Assembly: GCA_019057635.1 (NCBI GenBank)
Contig: DXJL01000099.1
Location: forward strand, 1 to 48,567
Direction: 5' to 3'
DNA from: Candidatus Heimdallarchaeota archaeon
GTDB taxonomy: Archaea > Asgardarchaeota > Heimdallarchaeia > Hodarchaeales > Hodarchaeaceae
DNA: 48,567 nucleotides
Notes under the pieces: generated by a model
What the model was told of the DNA's origin: nothing
Seen by the model: only the letters and a program-made list of their open reading frames with translations
The model's database searches: none
Position numbers and translations under genes: made by a program
Shown: piece after piece, positions 39,112 to 48,567 of the stretch
How the letters are laid out: each line of letters begins with the position of its first letter
Numbering within the stretch: position 1 is the stretch's first letter

Positions 39112-40251
39112 CTAAGCATTTTCTACAACTAAATAAGGGAAGGATTGATGTAGTAGCAGGTCTAATTCTTTTGCTAGTTCCACAGTATCTACTATAGGTT
39201 CATTTATTTGTTGATTCAATTCATCAGAAATCGATGAAATAAAACGATCGATAGAATGTTTGAGAAAAAAAGTCCCTTTTGCTGCAATAACAGCTAATGT
39301 TCCCTGTTTATTGGGCATTTCTGAGAAAAATATCTGATAATTATTCACATCAATTTTAAGTAGTATTGAATCTGTTCCAAGAGTTTCTTTAATTAATGAT
39401 GCTATCGCGGTAAACATACCAGAAATTAATTGCTTCTCAAGAACAAGGTTGATTCCAGGGATTTTAACAGTTCGGGAATAGACCAATAATCCTGATGAGC
39501 TGTAAATTAAAAAATCATGTACAGGAACAGGAAGTCGATACACATAGTCCTTGTAATACAAGTAAGTTATCATCAAAATTAATACACCTACTAAAGCAAG
39601 AATTTCGGCTATTCGATCGGATGCTACAAGTGCAGAGTTATTTGCTTCAGAGGCAAGTCCAGCTACCCGGATGAGAGCGGAATTAAATTGTAGAATAAAA
39701 GCAAAAAGCAGAATAACTAAAGCAAGCAGCTCAAATGATGTAGTTTTATCACGCATCAGTTTGTAAGATTTATACGTAACAAATAATGCGAAAGAAACTG
39801 CAAGTAATCCAGTTAATGCGTAAGTAAGGAACATAAAGCTTTCTAAATCTTGTACGGGTTCATTTTGTCTGACTGCTAGAATTAGAATGGAGGCCGTAAT
39901 TGTTAGTATACTGATCATCGTTCCTTTTCGATAGAAAGGTGGAGCAATATTAGAGAGTGCTTCATAATGTAAATAGACGAAATACATTGCTAGACTCATT
40001 ATAATACGGACTAAACCTTGAATTATTCTTGATTCAGTATTATATGTATAAAAGACTAAAATGAAGACTAATAGCTGGAAAAAAATTCCAAATCCAACGA
40101 ATAAAAACCCGAGAAGTAAATGAGGCGTATATCTTTCTTTTTTAATGGTTTGATAAATCAGTAGAGCCATAAAGCTAAATGAAATGCAAACAAATATCGA
40201 TAAAATGATAATCCCTTGAATGACTTCTTGCGTCAAAATAGATTCCTTCAA
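39112..40251 (-). CDS. 7TM membrane protein with C-terminal longin/roadblock-like domain
   Basis: Seven hydrophobic helices, then VHDFLIYSSSGLLVYS...QLISGMFTAIASLIKETLG. Confidence 0.8.
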   Translation of the reverse strand: MKESILTQEVIQGIIILSIFVCISFSFMALLIYQTIKKERYTPHLLLGFLFVGFGIFFQLLVFILVFYTYNTESRIIQGLVRIIMSLAMYFVYLHYEALSNIAPPFYRKGTMISILTITASILILAVRQNEPVQDLESFMFLTYALTGLLAVSFALFVTYKSYKLMRDKTTSFELLALVILLFAFILQFNSALIRVAGLASEANNSALVASDRIAEILALVGVLILMITYLYYKDYVYRLPVPVHDFLIYSSSGLLVYSRTVKIPGINLVLEKQLISGMFTAIASLIKETLGTDSILLKIDVNNYQIFFSEMPNKQGTLAVIAAKGTFFLKHSIDRFISSISDELNQQINEPIVDTVELAKELDLLLHQSFPYLVVENA

Positions 40252-40492
40252 TACACAATGGTAATTCGTTCTCTGATTTTAAAAGTTAAACAATTAGGGT
40301 ATAATTCCTCTTAAATACTCTTTTATCGTATTTGTAAATGATTTTGTCTTGTAGAGGTTTTGAAAGCAGTAATATGGATGAAGTCATATAATCCATTCTT
40401 GACTAGTTAAATTGAAATAACTTCAATAATACAAATCAATATATATTGAGCTTGACTAAATCTTCTTTTTTTCAATAAAAGGGATCTTAAAT

Positions 40493-41056
40493 ATGCTAGT
40501 TATGAAAGTATTAATTTTAGGTGATGGAGCTGTTGGCAAAACATCACTTAGACACCGCTATATGGGAAGGGGATTTAAGGCGACTTATCTAATGACAGTC
40601 GGAGCCGATTTTGTCGTCAAGGAACTGACTCATCAGGATGGAACCGCTGTAACTTTACAAATTTGGGATATCGCTGGGCAAGGTATGTTTGAAAGTCTAC
40701 GTTCAACATTTTACCAAGGAGCAGTTGGGGCTCTAATGGTTTATGATGTAACTCGACCCAATACACTTGAAAATGTACCTAAATGGATAGGTGAAATTCG
40801 AAAACACCATCAAATTGAGAATTTTCCTATAATTCTGATAGGAAACAAGATAGATCTACGTGAATCAATTTCGGGCTGTATTTCCACCTTTCAAGGTGAA
40901 AAATTAACTAAAACTCTTGAAAGTGAGTTTTATCATGAGAAATGGAGAATACCTTTCATTGAAACCTCAGCTAAAACTGGTGAAAAAGTGGAGGATGCGT
41001 TTGTAAATCTTAGCAGGGCAAGCATAGAGTTTTATAAGCAGACTAAAGAAATTTAG
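40493..41056 (+). CDS. Rab-like small GTPase
   Basis: GDGAVGKT, YLMTVGADF, IWDIAGQ, GNKIDL, ETSAK. Confidence 0.93.
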   Translation: MLVMKVLILGDGAVGKTSLRHRYMGRGFKATYLMTVGADFVVKELTHQDGTAVTLQIWDIAGQGMFESLRSTFYQGAVGALMVYDVTRPNTLENVPKWIGEIRKHHQIENFPIILIGNKIDLRESISGCISTFQGEKLTKTLESEFYHEKWRIPFIETSAKTGEKVEDAFVNLSRASIEFYKQTKEI

Positions 41057-41106
41057 GAGAAAATTTATAGGAATTATGTGGTTAGAGCTTATTTCTATTG
41101 TTTTCC

Positions 41107-42417
41107 TTACCGGAAATGCTTTAATTTATAACTACTGACAGCCAGAGAGAATTTTGGATGATCTTCACCACTTTCTAAGGTGATGGTCTCTAAATATTCC
41201 CGAGTTTGCCCTAATTTGACAATCATTTTGTGTTCAGAAACTTTCACTGATTTCAATTTTCCTTTCTGATAGATTTCCAATGTTATTAATTTTCTTCTCC
41301 GATGTAAACTCATCCCCACATAAATTATGAAGGGTTCCTTCGGGATAAGTGTTTCATTTTGAATATTTATATATCCAGTCGAAGGATATCGTTGTGAAGG
41401 TTCACCCTTCTGCTTAAATTCAAAATAAAATCTTCTTTTATCTTTGTAGGGGATTTTTTTTTCTGAAAGTTTCTTATTATTAGAATTAAGCTCGGTTTGA
41501 GTTCTTGAATCGATTTCTAATAACCAAATTTTAAAGACTGATGCTTGATTGAACAATAAATCCTGAATAACTTGATAAGAGGCGTCAATTTTATTTATAG
41601 CAATGTGGCTTGCTGGAACCTGTAAATTAATCATATCAAAGATAGGTTTACCCTTGAAAAGGCCGTCTCCCCCTCCCAACTTCTTTAATGAGCCAGTAAT
41701 ATTAACCATAGTTACATTATACAATTCATCTGAAGTAATATCTGTGATCTGTTTCATCTTACCTTTTATTGGAGCAAAATTCGTTACTACCTCTAGTTTT
41801 GAGGAAACAAAACTCTGTGTCATTTTCACTAGAATCCCTTCAAAGGATTTAAACCAACGAAAAAGTCCTCTTAAAGGCGATCCGAGAGTAACTAGCAATC
41901 TTACCTTGGGATCAACTCTTCCAACCTTCTTCAAGTAGTATCTAGCAATCATACCTCCCATAGAATGGCCTATTATGTGAACGAATTTATAATTAGGGAG
42001 CATCATTAATATCTTGCTAATTACTTCGTCTAGTTGCTCACTAAGAACATCCAATCCAACCATATAAGAATGCATTCTCATTGCAAAGACATTGCGAAAT
42101 CCATCAATCCATATTTGCTGAACCATCCAATTCCAGGTGAGGTGACTGGAATGAAATCCATGAATTAGAAGGATCGGTCGGTATAGTTCTTCTTCATCTA
42201 CCTCATAAATATCTTCTATTTCCTCATCGTGATGTACAAATCGGTATAAATTCAGTTCAGGAAATAACAACATCCAATACGCTTCAAATTCTGGGTAGAG
42301 GATCATTTCATCAAGATCTTTTATGGCTTCTAAATGAGATGTGTCTAGTTCTTCGAACTCGGGTTCTTCATCAATAAGTTGATCTGCTTCTTCTTTTTTC
42401 TTAAATTCCTCAACCAA
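41107..42417 (-). CDS. Alpha/beta-hydrolase (lipase/esterase) with C-terminal beta-sandwich
   Basis: LLIHG, GHSMGG nucleophile elbow, TLGSP, GDG, SH. Confidence 0.85.
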   Translation of the reverse strand: MVEEFKKKEEADQLIDEEPEFEELDTSHLEAIKDLDEMILYPEFEAYWMLLFPELNLYRFVHHDEEIEDIYEVDEEELYRPILLIHGFHSSHLTWNWMVQQIWIDGFRNVFAMRMHSYMVGLDVLSEQLDEVISKILMMLPNYKFVHIIGHSMGGMIARYYLKKVGRVDPKVRLLVTLGSPLRGLFRWFKSFEGILVKMTQSFVSSKLEVVTNFAPIKGKMKQITDITSDELYNVTMVNITGSLKKLGGGDGLFKGKPIFDMINLQVPASHIAINKIDASYQVIQDLLFNQASVFKIWLLEIDSRTQTELNSNNKKLSEKKIPYKDKRRFYFEFKQKGEPSQRYPSTGYINIQNETLIPKEPFIIYVGMSLHRRRKLITLEIYQKGKLKSVKVSEHKMIVKLGQTREYLETITLESGEDHPKFSLAVSSYKLKHFR

Positions 42418-42610
42418 ATGAAAAACCCATTTACATTCCTTAAATTAAAAATCTTAGAGCTAGTATTTCAGTTATCCCCTTTTGATTCATCAATTTTACG
42501 ATTTGCATCTTTTAAAGCTTATCATCTCTCTCCTTAATATTCTAAATATTCAGATCGAACAATGATCGTAGACTGGATTATAAACCAAATTTATGTGAGA
42601 AATCCAAGTA

Positions 42611-42925
42611 TTGATATTACCCCAATTGTTAATATATTTGTTATCTCGTTCAATATATGGTGTGAAATCTTTGTTCCAATATTCCGATAAACTATTTGAT
42701 AAATGGATTAATGGTCGATTTGACAGTAAGATGGTAGTTTCGGTTACCCAGAAGGATCAATTTAAGAACTTGGGTTTTTCAGTGATTAATGGCCGTTCCT
42801 ATTCTACAAAGCTTGGTCCAGTCATGAGTCTTCAGTTAGGTCCAAATGATCTACAGGAACTTATTGATGTACTTCAGGATGTACAAACACAGTATTTTCC
42901 TCCCGCTTCCAAAAATCCTGAATAA
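42611..42925 (+). CDS. Small hypothetical protein (start uncertain)
   Basis: ORF filling the gap ahead of a co-oriented gene. Confidence 0.55.
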   Translation: MILPQLLIYLLSRSIYGVKSLFQYSDKLFDKWINGRFDSKMVVSVTQKDQFKNLGFSVINGRSYSTKLGPVMSLQLGPNDLQELIDVLQDVQTQYFPPASKNPE

Positions 42926-42990
42926 TTATTAATGGAATGTGAATCGATCATAGATCATGCATATCCTCACTTTGAGGTGTATTAGTTCTT

Positions 42991-44106
42991 ATGAAACTCA
43001 ATGATTTTCTTCTGGAACGCTATTTTGCCCAATATGAATTTGAAATCCCATATTTACTTTGTGCCTCGGATTGTGAGTCTTTTTCTATACAAGAGATTTT
43101 ACAATTAGAAGATGGTGTTGAGAATAAGTTCAAGAATCTGAAGTTAGGTTATACTGACTCTCAAGGTAGCCCTGAATTGAGAGATGCAATTACCACACTC
43201 TATAAAGATATCTCCAACCAAGATATTTTGGCGTTTGCAGGTGCAGAAGAAGGCATTTTTGCCTTTATGAATGTCGTATTAAATCCTGGAGACCATTTAA
43301 TTGTGCAGTTTCCCGCTTACCAATCGTTATTCGAAATTGCGGAAGCTATTGGATGTAAGGTAACAAAATGGACAATGAACTCCGATAATTGGAATTTAGA
43401 TCTCGATATTCTGATAAATAATATTAATGCAAAGACGAAAGCTATTGTAATTAATTTTCCTCATAATCCTACTGGATCATTGATATCACAGAAGAAATAT
43501 GAAGCGATTATTGAAATTGCCCAAGATAATAACCTCTATCTTCTATCCGATGAAGTATATCGTTTGCTTGAATATAATCGATCTAAACGTTTGCAACCCG
43601 CGTGTGATCTGTATGATAAAGCCATATCCTTAGGTGTTATGTCAAAATCGTTTGGATTAGCGGGGCTTCGGATTGGTTGGACGGCAACTAAAGATCAGAA
43701 TCTTCTTAACAAGCTTGCTAGTTTTAAAGATTATACAACCATTTGTAACAGTATAGTAAGCGAATATTTAGCTACATTAGCTCTCGAAAATTATCATAAA
43801 TTAGTTGAAAGAAATCTTTCAATTATCATATCAAATTTGAAATTGCTGGATCCATTTTTCAAGAAAACTCCGTTCATGGATTGGGTAAGACCCCAAGCTG
43901 GGCCTATTGCGTTTCCCAAGTTAACAAAAGACTTTTCATCAGAAAAATTTTGTACCCAGAGTATTGAGAAAGCGGGTGTATTACTTTTACCCAGTAGTGC
44001 CTTTCTGTATGGAGACAATCATTTTAGACTAGGATTTGGCCGGAAAAACATGCCTGAGGCGCTTTCCCAATTTGAAGCCTTTTTAGAGAATACTAATTTA
44101 GTATGA
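42991..44106 (+). CDS. PLP-dependent aminotransferase class I/II
   Basis: NFPHNPTG, SDEVY, MSKSFGLAGLRIGW, FRLGFG. Confidence 0.93.
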   Translation: MKLNDFLLERYFAQYEFEIPYLLCASDCESFSIQEILQLEDGVENKFKNLKLGYTDSQGSPELRDAITTLYKDISNQDILAFAGAEEGIFAFMNVVLNPGDHLIVQFPAYQSLFEIAEAIGCKVTKWTMNSDNWNLDLDILINNINAKTKAIVINFPHNPTGSLISQKKYEAIIEIAQDNNLYLLSDEVYRLLEYNRSKRLQPACDLYDKAISLGVMSKSFGLAGLRIGWTATKDQNLLNKLASFKDYTTICNSIVSEYLATLALENYHKLVERNLSIIISNLKLLDPFFKKTPFMDWVRPQAGPIAFPKLTKDFSSEKFCTQSIEKAGVLLLPSSAFLYGDNHFRLGFGRKNMPEALSQFEAFLENTNLV

Positions 44107-44180
44107 ATTCTCGTTGAATATCTTCAATAAATCGTTTCCTATCCCTCTCATGTTTTTTTGTCGAAAACAATCAATATAAA

Positions 44181-44939
44181 ATGAATGATAATACTCGTTC
44201 CTCTACCACGGTAGGTAGTTTTAAGTTTATGACAGTTACAGTTTCCCTCACATTGGCAAAAGAAACTGAATTTTTTAATGAAAAGGTCATTAATAAAATA
44301 TATATAGAGATCACAACTACTGCGGACATAATAAATGCCACTAGTGGATCCCCAGAAAGAGAAGCGTATCAATCGCTCCTACCTCGCTATACAAAAGAAT
44401 CCACTGGACAAATTACAGCTGGAGGGAGGCATACCCCATTTCTGTATTTTTTTCCCGTTTCAGATTTAACAACATTCATAATTAAACCATACCACGCTGG
44501 ATTAAGGGAAATTGCTAATCACTATGTTGCAGTGGAAGATGTTAATACAATATATCGCAATCACAAATTTAAACTTGGAGACAAAGAGATTAATATAATA
44601 TTTTCGGATGTATTTGGATTAGGTACCTTTACAGTGGAACAGAAGACCATTCCGTTCATTGTTCAAAGATATAGTAATGGTACTAAACTCACAGAAGTTA
44701 AGACAAAGGAAGCACGCCTCATTATTTCCTTCCTGCCAAAAATATTCATGCATTTAGCGAAGGAAGGAGTAATAGTTGATCCGTATAACCGAAATTGGTT
44801 TGCTCATGGCTTTTCTCTAGATCACCGTAGGCTAGATTATGAATTACTTGAATATGTCGACCTAGGCTTTATGCACTCCCTTGATACCAATCGCAAAGTT
44901 CAAGCGGCAATAGAGTCTATGAAACCTCTCAATTTCTGA
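44181..44939 (+). CDS. Hypothetical protein, possible atypical kinase-like fold
   Basis: FIIKPY, IVQRY, VDPYNRNW, YVDLG. Confidence 0.6.
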   Translation: MNDNTRSSTTVGSFKFMTVTVSLTLAKETEFFNEKVINKIYIEITTTADIINATSGSPEREAYQSLLPRYTKESTGQITAGGRHTPFLYFFPVSDLTTFIIKPYHAGLREIANHYVAVEDVNTIYRNHKFKLGDKEINIIFSDVFGLGTFTVEQKTIPFIVQRYSNGTKLTEVKTKEARLIISFLPKIFMHLAKEGVIVDPYNRNWFAHGFSLDHRRLDYELLEYVDLGFMHSLDTNRKVQAAIESMKPLNF

Positions 44940-45057
44940 CATTTGATATATAATAAATCATAGAATTGCCTAAATTCTTTTAAATAATGAAAAAAATGGA
45001 TACTCCTTGTTTTATCATCTACAAGATTAAGTACGAAAGGGTAAGATTGATTCTCTC

Positions 45058-46449
45058 ATGTCAACTGAAGGAACTGTTATACGTAACTTAATGAAAAAAA
45101 TGAATCTTATATTCCATTCACAAATTATTCTAATCTACATAATCGGCTTTAAGAGATTATTTTATCATCGAGGTGAGGATGAATCTCAAAGAAAGATTTC
45201 TGTTCTCAAATTTTTGATTTTCCTACTATATCTGTGCGCCTTTCTGTTCGCATTTCTTCAATTTGCTGAAGGTAATATTCCTGCGTCAGTTCGAGAAGAA
45301 TGGAGTAACAAAGAAAACGTTGATTTAATGGAAATGTTCCCTTTATCTAGGTACGGAGAAGTAGCATTTATTATTGTCGTCATACTCGTTCTGAGCATCT
45401 TTTATTTTTTTATTACCCAGGATAAGCCTATTAAACACGCTTTTAATTCAATTAAAGATTATGCTTCACAAAGTAAAGAGAGAAGAAGAACAATTCTCAT
45501 TATTTTCTCACTTACTATACTTTATTTAATTTACCAAGTAGTTAAATTTCTAGTATTTCCCGAAACATTTGAAACTCTTATCATAGCTATCTCTTATGAG
45601 GCAGGAATAGGGTTTTTGATAATTTGGGTCGTTCTCCAGCCACTATTAGTGTTTACTGGTCTACTTCTCACCTTTGATATGATTGCAAAGGACTTTCCGA
45701 GGCCGTTTAAGGGATATAACAAATATAATATTCCAATATTCATACTAACAATCCTATTAGTTATTGGAATTGCTGGAATAATCTCCAGTACCTTTGGAAT
45801 TAATTTTGACGATGACATTGGGGAGGGTCTTCCGTATGCTGCCCTCAGTGATTTTCCCGATATATTCTATTCCTCATCTGGTGTATCTTTCATGCTAATA
45901 GGAGTAGTTACTATTTCAACTATCATAATATCTCTTATCTTCTTAGAAATATACTTGAAGCACAAAAGAGGAGTAAATGAGTTACAGGAGCGGAGAATGG
46001 CCAATTTTATGTTTTTATTTCCGTTTCTAATAATATATGTGCTATTAAAAGCATTCCCCTTTGCTTTCTCTTTTTCGCTTGGTCTTCAATCGTTAAATGA
46101 TATTCTAGACTTAATCGGCCTATTCATAGTAATATTCTTTTCGGTTTTTAGGGTGATTGCAATAAAAGACACCTCAAACCAGGTGAAATTAAATCGAGGG
46201 ATTCTACGGAATCCTAAAAAGTGGTTAGATATAATCCCCTCCTATTGTAAAGTATTAATTATCTTTTATTTAGCATTTGTTGCATTTTATGCTGGTTTAG
46301 AAGCAAATACAGTCTTTGCCCTCTCTGGGGCCACAAGTCAATTTGAAGAGGTACAAATGCTTGCATCAATCGGTATTTCTTTCATTGTGCTTTTGTATGT
46401 CTTTTGGCGTTATAAACCTGAAGGCCAAACAATTTCCACTAATGAGTGA
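45058..46449 (+). CDS. Hypothetical polytopic membrane protein
   Basis: About 10-11 hydrophobic segments. Confidence 0.8.
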   Translation: MSTEGTVIRNLMKKMNLIFHSQIILIYIIGFKRLFYHRGEDESQRKISVLKFLIFLLYLCAFLFAFLQFAEGNIPASVREEWSNKENVDLMEMFPLSRYGEVAFIIVVILVLSIFYFFITQDKPIKHAFNSIKDYASQSKERRRTILIIFSLTILYLIYQVVKFLVFPETFETLIIAISYEAGIGFLIIWVVLQPLLVFTGLLLTFDMIAKDFPRPFKGYNKYNIPIFILTILLVIGIAGIISSTFGINFDDDIGEGLPYAALSDFPDIFYSSSGVSFMLIGVVTISTIIISLIFLEIYLKHKRGVNELQERRMANFMFLFPFLIIYVLLKAFPFAFSFSLGLQSLNDILDLIGLFIVIFFSVFRVIAIKDTSNQVKLNRGILRNPKKWLDIIPSYCKVLIIFYLAFVAFYAGLEANTVFALSGATSQFEEVQMLASIGISFIVLLYVFWRYKPEGQTISTNE

Positions 46450-46477
46450 TAAAGAAGAAAGAATGAAAGAGAGGGGA

Positions 46478-47161
46478 TTAGGTCGAATAAGGTCGTGCAT
46501 CGACCTGACCACCATTTTTCTTGGCTGTTTTTTTCCAGCTACGATTATTTATCCATAGCATGAATTTCCGCATAACTCGGTTATAATAAATTTTTAGTGA
46601 GAAAATTTCAAGGGCTTCGTCTCCAAAATCACTATTTGTAACAAATGATTCAACAACTCTATCTAAAGCTTTCATTACTTTTTTACCAAATCCTCCACTT
46701 TCATTCAATAGTTTTCCAATACTTCCTCGCATTGCTTCCCCTCCTCCAAGAGCTAAACTTCCTGTCCAATGTAATCCCAATGAGGTGGCAAATTTGTGAT
46801 AGATTGGAATAGCTATCTCGGTAATATGGAAGGGTTCAGGAAATCCACTGTTAATTATTGGTAAAAACCGTTTATTCGCGTATTTACTGCTATTTTTTGC
46901 CATAGCCTCCATTGTTCTGGTTACTATGGCTGGAGAGGTATCATCATACAATGGTGCTACTAGGACGATGATATCAGCTTGATCTATAGCTACTAACATA
47001 TCATTCATCTTTTCTTCAGTAGCCACATGATTTCTAATGAAAATCGGATCTTGGCTTTCCAACCCGTTTTTCTCGAATATTTCTTGTAGGTAGATACAAA
47101 CAGCATTTGAGGTACTTTTTCTCCCTCGGGGACTTCCCATCAATAAAACTGCTTTAGTCAT
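46478..47161 (-). CDS. Flavodoxin-like NAD(P)H-dependent oxidoreductase
   Basis: GSPRG..STS, APLY.D, NSGFPE, GGGE. Confidence 0.85.
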   Translation of the reverse strand: MTKAVLLMGSPRGRKSTSNAVCIYLQEIFEKNGLESQDPIFIRNHVATEEKMNDMLVAIDQADIIVLVAPLYDDTSPAIVTRTMEAMAKNSSKYANKRFLPIINSGFPEPFHITEIAIPIYHKFATSLGLHWTGSLALGGGEAMRGSIGKLLNESGGFGKKVMKALDRVVESFVTNSDFGDEALEIFSLKIYYNRVMRKFMLWINNRSWKKTAKKNGGQVDARPYST

Positions 47162-47162
47162 T

Positions 47163-47753
47163 TTATCCTCTCCTATTTCCTACCTTTATTTTCTGGATAC
47201 ACTTATTTACTCGATCTCGAATAGTTTCTTCATTTTCTTTGGTCTGAAAAACTTCTGTTTTATGCATTGGAGGATAGAAATTTCGACTATGGCGTTCAAG
47301 TAATTTCTTGAATAGAACCTCCTCTTCTTTATCCAACTTATCAGTAACAGCAAACGCTAATACTGAAGGATAACGCTCGTATCTTTTTAGATGATGTGAT
47401 TCACCATCAACGATCAATTGTCCAGGTTGTAACAATCCAAGCATCCTTTCAATGATTGCTTTTAGCTCTGAAGAGTAACCTCCGAAGGTAAGGGGAGTTA
47501 AAAAAACAAGCAATTCATTTTGAATTACTGTTTCCACTATTTTATTGGCATCATCGTTCTTCACTCCTGTACAAATACCAGGAGTTGTGTCCCAACACTT
47601 AAAACAACCAGTACAACTTTTAATATTATACTCGTTGAGAACAAATGTTTCTGTATTCCAACCAGCTTCCTTAAGTTCATCTTCGAGTATCCCTTGAATT
47701 CCTGCTAATCTAGTATGCCCTTTAAGATCCCCATTTAATATTACAGCACCCAA
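47163..47753 (-). CDS. Flavodoxin family / iron-sulfur flavoprotein-like protein
   Basis: CTGCFKCW.TTPGIC, TPLTFGGYSS..K..IER, HHLKRY. Confidence 0.85.
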   Translation of the reverse strand: MGAVILNGDLKGHTRLAGIQGILEDELKEAGWNTETFVLNEYNIKSCTGCFKCWDTTPGICTGVKNDDANKIVETVIQNELLVFLTPLTFGGYSSELKAIIERMLGLLQPGQLIVDGESHHLKRYERYPSVLAFAVTDKLDKEEEVLFKKLLERHSRNFYPPMHKTEVFQTKENEETIRDRVNKCIQKIKVGNRRG

Positions 47754-47791
47754 TTTTTTTGTTTCCTGTATTTTTATGTTTTATTTGCGTT

Positions 47792-48567
47792 TCATGCAGC
47801 CAGTACGGCCATCAATATCATGAGTCCGCCAGCTGTATTAAGTAGAATGTGAACTAGCATGCTAAATCGCATATCTTTTTTCCACCATACCAAATATCCC
47901 AAAGGTAACAGTGCAATGATTCGTATGGGGTTTTCCCATGGTGAGAAGAAATGGTACAGAGAAAAGAGAATCACATTTATCGCAGGGGCCCACTTATAGG
48001 CGTAAGTATCCATTCTTGGAAGTAAATATCCACGGAAATATAATTCTTCAACAAACGGCAATAGGATTCCATTCAATATTATATAAAGAGCTAAAAGCAA
48101 AAAAACCCCTGAATACGCCGCAAAAACTTGTAGGTCATCTAGATTCATCGCATTTTGTAAATTATATTCTTCAGGATACCACGAAAATAATGCATTTATT
48201 ATCTCTGGATTCACAACTGGAGCAACTAGGGTGAACATTAGAATTGAAAAAATAAGAAATATTGGTACGAATATTAAATAATCCTTCAACGGACTTTTTT
48301 CGGTATTTCCAAGCACTCCCTTTAGAGTATATCGTCCATTTAACTTTTTCCCTTCATACAACAGGATTCCAAGTTGCAGAGGTGCCAATGTAAAGAGACC
48401 AGCCAAGTTGAGTCCTAGTATTACTCTAAGCTCTATATCGATTCCTAAGAGTTCAGCAAATAATGGTTGAGAGAAAAAAAATAATCCGATTAATATCGGA
48501 ATACCAGGAAGTAAATGCAGTAATAGTGATTTCAACACAGTGTGTTGTTCAAATTGTTGTTCTGCCA
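47792..48567 (-). CDS. CPBP (Abi/CAAX-type) intramembrane glutamic endopeptidase; start just beyond the right edge
   Basis: PFVEELYFRGYL, FSLYH, H..LN; frame open to the window edge (AEQQFEQHTVLKS). Confidence 0.88.
   Translation of the reverse strand, partial: AEQQFEQHTVLKSLLLHLLPGIPILIGLFFFSQPLFAELLGIDIELRVILGLNLAGLFTLAPLQLGILLYEGKKLNGRYTLKGVLGNTEKSPLKDYLIFVPIFLIFSILMFTLVAPVVNPEIINALFSWYPEEYNLQNAMNLDDLQVFAAYSGVFLLLALYIILNGILLPFVEELYFRGYLLPRMDTYAYKWAPAINVILFSLYHFFSPWENPIRIIALLPLGYLVWWKKDMRFSMLVHILLNTAGGLMILMAVLAA

Noticed and set aside
1729-48234. Many short antisense or overlapping ORFs in the track (e.g. 1729-2040, 13241-13630, 14647-14979, 24315-24632, 32593-32985, 41603-41938, 47938-48234)
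   Set aside because: They shadow well-supported genes and have no recognisable motifs.
1-48567. tRNA, rRNA, CRISPR array or selenoprotein genes
   Set aside because: No T-loop or cloverleaf, no GC-rich structural RNA, no periodic repeats and no in-frame TGA at catalytic Cys positions were seen by eye. tRNAscan-SE and Infernal were not run.

Overview
AT-rich archaeal chromosomal window, very probably an Asgard archaeon (Heimdallarchaeia-like). This rests on four small GTPases (two Rab-like, one Arf/Sar-like fused to a longin-like domain, one OapA/ArvA), a 7TM-longin protein, a eukaryote-like AsnRS, a polyproline protein and a CTERM-like sorting peptide. The left ~28 kb is mostly core or housekeeping: tRNA thiolase, BtpA, ComDE-like, MscS, heterodimeric ABC exporter, oap/arvABC, NDP-sugar synthase with a PMM-like partner, LplA, KaiC-like, asnS. 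The right ~20 kb is more accessory: TnpB element, PIN toxin-antitoxin, acyltransferase, NudC, ABC-2, two radical SAM enzymes, lipase, aminotransferase, flavodoxin-like pair, CPBP protease. The most striking unannotated structure is a 1336 bp TnpB element (28206-29541) bounded by 23 bp inverted repeats. Its TnpB has a Fanzor-type rearranged RuvC-II and an internal deletion, and three further non-autonomous remnants of the same family lie at ~2.6, ~4.4 and ~35.3 kb. Other leads are an in-frame acidic/basic tail behind the amber stop of the 7TM-longin gene, which is divergent from a Rab-like GTPase, and a polyproline protein resembling actin regulators. No rRNA, tRNA or CRISPR array was recognised. 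All family calls come from motif recognition by eye; no searches were run.
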